Shown one piece after another: positions 48,101-50,015 of a DNA stretch of 50,015 nucleotides (positions are counted from its first letter, which is position 1; each line of letters starts with the position of its first letter). The notes under the pieces were generated by a model, which saw only the letters and a list, made by a program, of their open reading frames with translations, had not been told where the DNA came from and made no database searches. The position numbers and the translations under genes are program-made. This DNA is from Clostridia bacterium. Lineage in GTDB: Bacteria > Bacillota > Clostridia > TANB77 > CAG-508. Location: NCBI GenBank assembly GCA_022796725.1, contig JAAWJE010000017.1, positions 1 through 50,015 on the forward strand. Direction: 5' to 3'.

Positions 48101-48358
48101 ACATCAGTTGATGTTACTAACAAAAGTATTAAAATTAATTTTAATGAGGAAATAGGTTATATGGGAAATTCTGATATAGAATTACAAGGAAGTGGTCTTC
48201 CAGCTAAGATAACTTATAGTACTTCTTTAGAATCTAAGAGTGCATATATTGAATTATTAAACTGTACATTATCAGCAGGAAAATATAAAATAATAATAAC
48301 ACCAACAGATTCAAAGGATAATGTTGTTACATTAGAATATGAATTTGAGATAAAATAG
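45190..48358 (+). pseudogene. Large secreted Fn3/Ig-like repeat surface protein interrupted by a +1 frameshift in an A-tract
   Basis: A signal peptide plus the start of an Fn3 module ends at TAG 45418. The frame open from 45392 continues the same Fn3 module (KNGKNSKYTRIVTIKNRNITSYKKRGLKEGKKYYFKVRAY...) and runs with no ATG into track ORF 45899..48358. The shift window 45392-45417 contains two A6 runs. Confidence 0.7.
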
Positions 48359-48366
48359 AAATGTAG

Positions 48367-48401
48367 GAAATACTCACTAAAAAGTGGGTATTTCTTTTTT
48401 T
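48367..48401 (+). terminator. Rho-independent terminator
   Basis: gaaatactcac/gtgggtatttc stem plus T7. Confidence 0.75.
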
Positions 48402-48411
48402 CAAAATAAAA

Positions 48412-48499
48412 GTGGTGTCAAAAAGATGTAAAATACATTAAAAAATGATATCAAAAAAGTGTAAAAGATATTTGAAAGTGGTATTAAAAAAATGCAAAA
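48412..48499 (+). repeat. Three 22-bp direct repeats phased at exactly 33 bp
   Basis: GTGGTGTCAAAAAGATGTAAAA (48412), ATGATATCAAAAAAGTGTAAAA (48445), GTGGTATTAAAAAAATGCAAAA (48478). Consensus: rTGrTrTyAAAAArrTGyAAAA. Confidence 0.7.
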
Positions 48500-48552
48500 T
48501 AAAATATTAATACTCCTAATAAAAGTTTATGCAATAAATAAACTCATAGTGT

Positions 48553-48581
48553 TTGACAAAAGAGAAAAATCTATATATAAT
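48553..48581 (+). promoter_or_regulatory. Perfect-consensus sigma-A promoter (P-left of the IR cassette)
   Basis: TTGACA (48553-48558), exactly 17 nt, then TATAAT (48576-48581). No CDS lies downstream; the predicted TSS is near 48588, inside the left inverted repeat. Confidence 0.65.
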
Positions 48582-48585
48582 AAAA

Positions 48586-48615
48586 ATAGAAAATGAGAAT
48601 AAGCAGAGTGTGTTG
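48586..48615. repeat. Left arm of the perfect 30-bp inverted repeat
   Basis: atagaaaatgagaataagcagagtgtgttg. Its reverse complement is found exactly at 48862-48891. Confidence 0.95.
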
Positions 48616-48672
48616 TCCGAATAAAACTTAAATAACCGTTTACTCGACCAAAAGCAGAACGGTTATTTTTTA
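48588..48672 (+). ncRNA. Predicted ~85-nt small RNA (candidate antisense/antitoxin RNA)
   Basis: It starts about 7 nt after the consensus -10 and ends at the intrinsic terminator (10-bp stem 48631-48640/48658-48667 plus a T-run). It has no ORF or SD. Its 3' ~40 nt are antisense to the 3' end of the convergent small ORF transcript. Confidence 0.4.
48631..48672. terminator. Bidirectional intrinsic terminator shared by convergent transcripts
   Basis: aataaccgtt/aacggttatt 10-bp stem with a 17-nt loop. T6 follows on the + strand and TAAGTTTTATT on the - strand. Confidence 0.6.
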
Positions 48673-48786
48673 TTGCCTATGTAGTAAAAAACAGATGATG
48701 ATTAACAAGGCAATATTTATGATAGTTACTCCTACTAATCCATAGAGAAGTAGGTATGTAATAGTTGTTATTGATGTTTCTACCAT
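48670..48786 (-). CDS. 38-aa hydrophobic peptide (candidate type I toxin-like membrane peptide)
   Basis: My translation: MVETSITTITYLLLYGLVGVTIINIALLIIICFLLHRQ. SD GGGGGTGG 5 nt upstream of the ATG; one predicted TM; the stop codon abuts the terminator hairpin. Below the ORF-track cutoff. Confidence 0.4.
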   Translation of the reverse strand: MVETSITTITYLLLYGLVGVTIINIALLIIICFLLHRQ

Positions 48787-48861
48787 ATTAACCACCCCCA
48801 TATATCAATCTCACAAACTAAGTTGTGGAGGGTTATGTATAATCTAAGATGTAAAAGGTGG

Positions 48862-48891
48862 CAACACACTCTGCTTATTCTCATTTTCTAT
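48862..48891. repeat. Right arm of the perfect 30-bp inverted repeat
   Basis: caacacactctgcttattctcattttctat is the exact reverse complement of 48586-48615; 246-bp spacer. Confidence 0.95.
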
Positions 48892-48892
48892 G

Positions 48893-48921
48893 ATTATAAC
48901 TATACAACTTTATTATAAGAA
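48893..48921 (-). promoter_or_regulatory. Candidate weaker sigma-A promoter (P-right) driving the small-ORF transcript
   Basis: On the minus strand, TATAAT (48898-48893) lies one nt outside the right IR arm. The -35 at 17-nt spacing is a poor TTCTTA. Confidence 0.3.
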
Positions 48922-49062
48922 ATACAAGCGAACATTCAAAGATTATTTTTATTAATTATAAAAAAGAAAAGAATAGTAAAATATTTAAGAAAGTAATGTA
49001 TGAATAATATCAATAGTGATATTTTCTATAAACAGTTTTCTAAAAGGTAACTTGTATAAATA

Positions 49063-49091
49063 TTGACAATTAGGTAAAAATAGTTTAAAAT
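49063..49091 (+). promoter_or_regulatory. Sigma-A promoter of the aspS T-box leader
   Basis: TTGACA, 17 nt, then TAAAAT. Confidence 0.55.
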
Positions 49092-49139
49092 ATTAAATTA
49101 GCTGAATAAATTAATAAGTACAGCTAATTTAAAAAGTTA

Positions 49140-49340
49140 AATTGATTTGCTATGAAGATGAAAAGTAATAGACAATATTATTTTATAGAGAATAAATGCC
49201 AAGGCTGAAAGCATTTTAAATAATACTATTATGAAACACATTGGAGCAAAGATTATAAGGTGGGAATATATTTCCAAATAGGGTGGTACCGCGGAGGAAT
49301 AATCTTTCGTCCCTTTTATAGGGATGAAAGATTTTTTGTT
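49140..49340 (+). promoter_or_regulatory. T-box riboswitch leader
   Basis: Stem I with AGTA/AGAGA elements. Conserved T-box AATAGGGTGGTACCGCGG at 49277-49294. Terminator atctttcgtccct/agggatgaaagat plus T6 at 49303-49338. Immediately upstream of an aminoacyl-tRNA synthetase gene. Confidence 0.85.
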
Positions 49341-49374
49341 TTCATTCCAAATGAATAAAAAGGAGAGATGAAAA

Positions 49375-50015
49375 ATGAATGAGTACAGAGATTATACATG
49401 TGGAGAGTTAAGAGAAAAACATGTAGGACAGCATATTAAACTTGCTGGTTGGGTTCAGACAATAAGAGATTTAGGAGGAGTAATATTTATTGATTTAAGA
49501 GACCAATATGGAATTACTCAAATAGTTGCATCTGGAAATCAGGAATTAGTTGACTTTGCAACAAAAATACCAATAGAGTCAACAATATCAGTAGAAGGAA
49601 CAGTAAGATTAAGAGATGAAGAAACAATAAACAGAAATATTGAAACAGGAACGGTAGAATTATTTGCAGAAGAATTTAAAATATTAGGAAAAAGAACAAA
49701 GCAATTGCCATTTGAAATTGAAACAAGTAGAGAAGTTAGAGAAGATTTAAGATTGCAGTATAGATATTTAGATTTAAGAAATCCAAAATGCAGAGATAAT
49801 ATAATTTTAAGAGCAAAAATAATTCAATTTTTAAGAAATGAAATGATAAAAAGAGGATTCTTGGAAGTACAAACTCCAATACTTACAAGTTCATCTCCAG
49901 AAGGGGCGAGAGATTATCTAGTTCCTAGCAGAATATATCCAGGAAAATTTTATGCACTTCCACAGGCACCACAACAATTTAAACAATTATTAATGGTATC
50001 TGGAATAGACAAATA
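49375..50015 (+). CDS. aspS: Aspartyl-tRNA synthetase (5' part, runs off the window)
   Basis: YTCGELREKHVGQHIKLAGWVQTIRDLGGVIFIDLRDQYGITQIV, LRLQYRYLDLRN, SSPEGARDYLVPSR and ALPQAPQQFKQLLMVSG match bacterial-type AspRS; AAGGAG SD. Confidence 0.9.
   Translation, partial: MNEYRDYTCGELREKHVGQHIKLAGWVQTIRDLGGVIFIDLRDQYGITQIVASGNQELVDFATKIPIESTISVEGTVRLRDEETINRNIETGTVELFAEEFKILGKRTKQLPFEIETSREVREDLRLQYRYLDLRNPKCRDNIILRAKIIQFLRNEMIKRGFLEVQTPILTSSSPEGARDYLVPSRIYPGKFYALPQAPQQFKQLLMVSGIDK

Noticed and set aside
48412-48510. The three 33-bp-phased repeats read as a mini CRISPR array or as a 21-aa ORF (MISKKCKRYLKVVLKKCKIKY).
   Set aside because: There are only three degenerate 22-bp copies with 11-bp gaps, which is too short for spacers. 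The ORF has no SD, and its repetitiveness simply mirrors the DNA repeat. I kept it as a DNA-level repeat finding instead.
48695-48745. A + strand mini-ORF (MMINKAIFMIVTPTNP) inside the IR cassette.
   Set aside because: It has no SD, is only 16 aa, and lies downstream of the + strand terminator.
49095-49130. A 10-bp hairpin (aaattagctg/cagctaattt) at the very 5' end of the aspS leader, ahead of Stem I.
   Set aside because: The predicted TSS (about 49098) falls inside the left arm. It is likely just a 5'-stabilising stem, or not fully transcribed. It is not a known T-box element and there is too little signal to call it.

Overview
This is an AT-rich (roughly 27-30% GC by eye) chromosomal segment from a spore-forming Firmicute, most likely class Clostridia. 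That placement rests on spoIIID, the yabG-veg-SipL-like synteny and DUF421/DUF4363; no database search was possible. Most genes are on the + strand and are housekeeping or sporulation genes: rnhB, pdp, pepF, eno, rplM-rpsI, infC-rpmI-rplT, metK, dinB, a nifS-like gene, mltG and the 5' end of aspS. Recognisable RNA regulators are a SAM-I riboswitch before metK, an L20-type leader before infC and a T-box before aspS. The accessory content has four parts: (1) an ECF sigma factor translationally coupled to a membrane protein with a beta-propeller ectodomain; (2) a NifU-like/GGGtGRT pair of unknown function; (3) a 1915-aa surface protein with NPCBM and F5/8-type-C modules, 11 tandem 71-aa repeats and a non-canonical sorting-like signal; (4) a roughly 1050-aa Fn3 surface protein interrupted by a frameshift at poly-A tracts. 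The most unusual region is the approximately 1 kb non-coding gap at 48.4-49.1 kb. It holds three 22-bp motifs spaced exactly 33 bp apart. These are followed by a perfect consensus sigma-A promoter and a 306-bp cassette bounded by perfect 30-bp inverted repeats. Inside the cassette, a predicted ~85-nt + strand RNA and a minus-strand 38-aa hydrophobic peptide ORF converge on a shared bidirectional terminator. The ORF has a strong SD and upstream anti-SD-like tracts. I read this as a candidate type I toxin-antitoxin-like or invertible/foldback module. All calls come from reading the sequence and ORF translations; no homology search was run.
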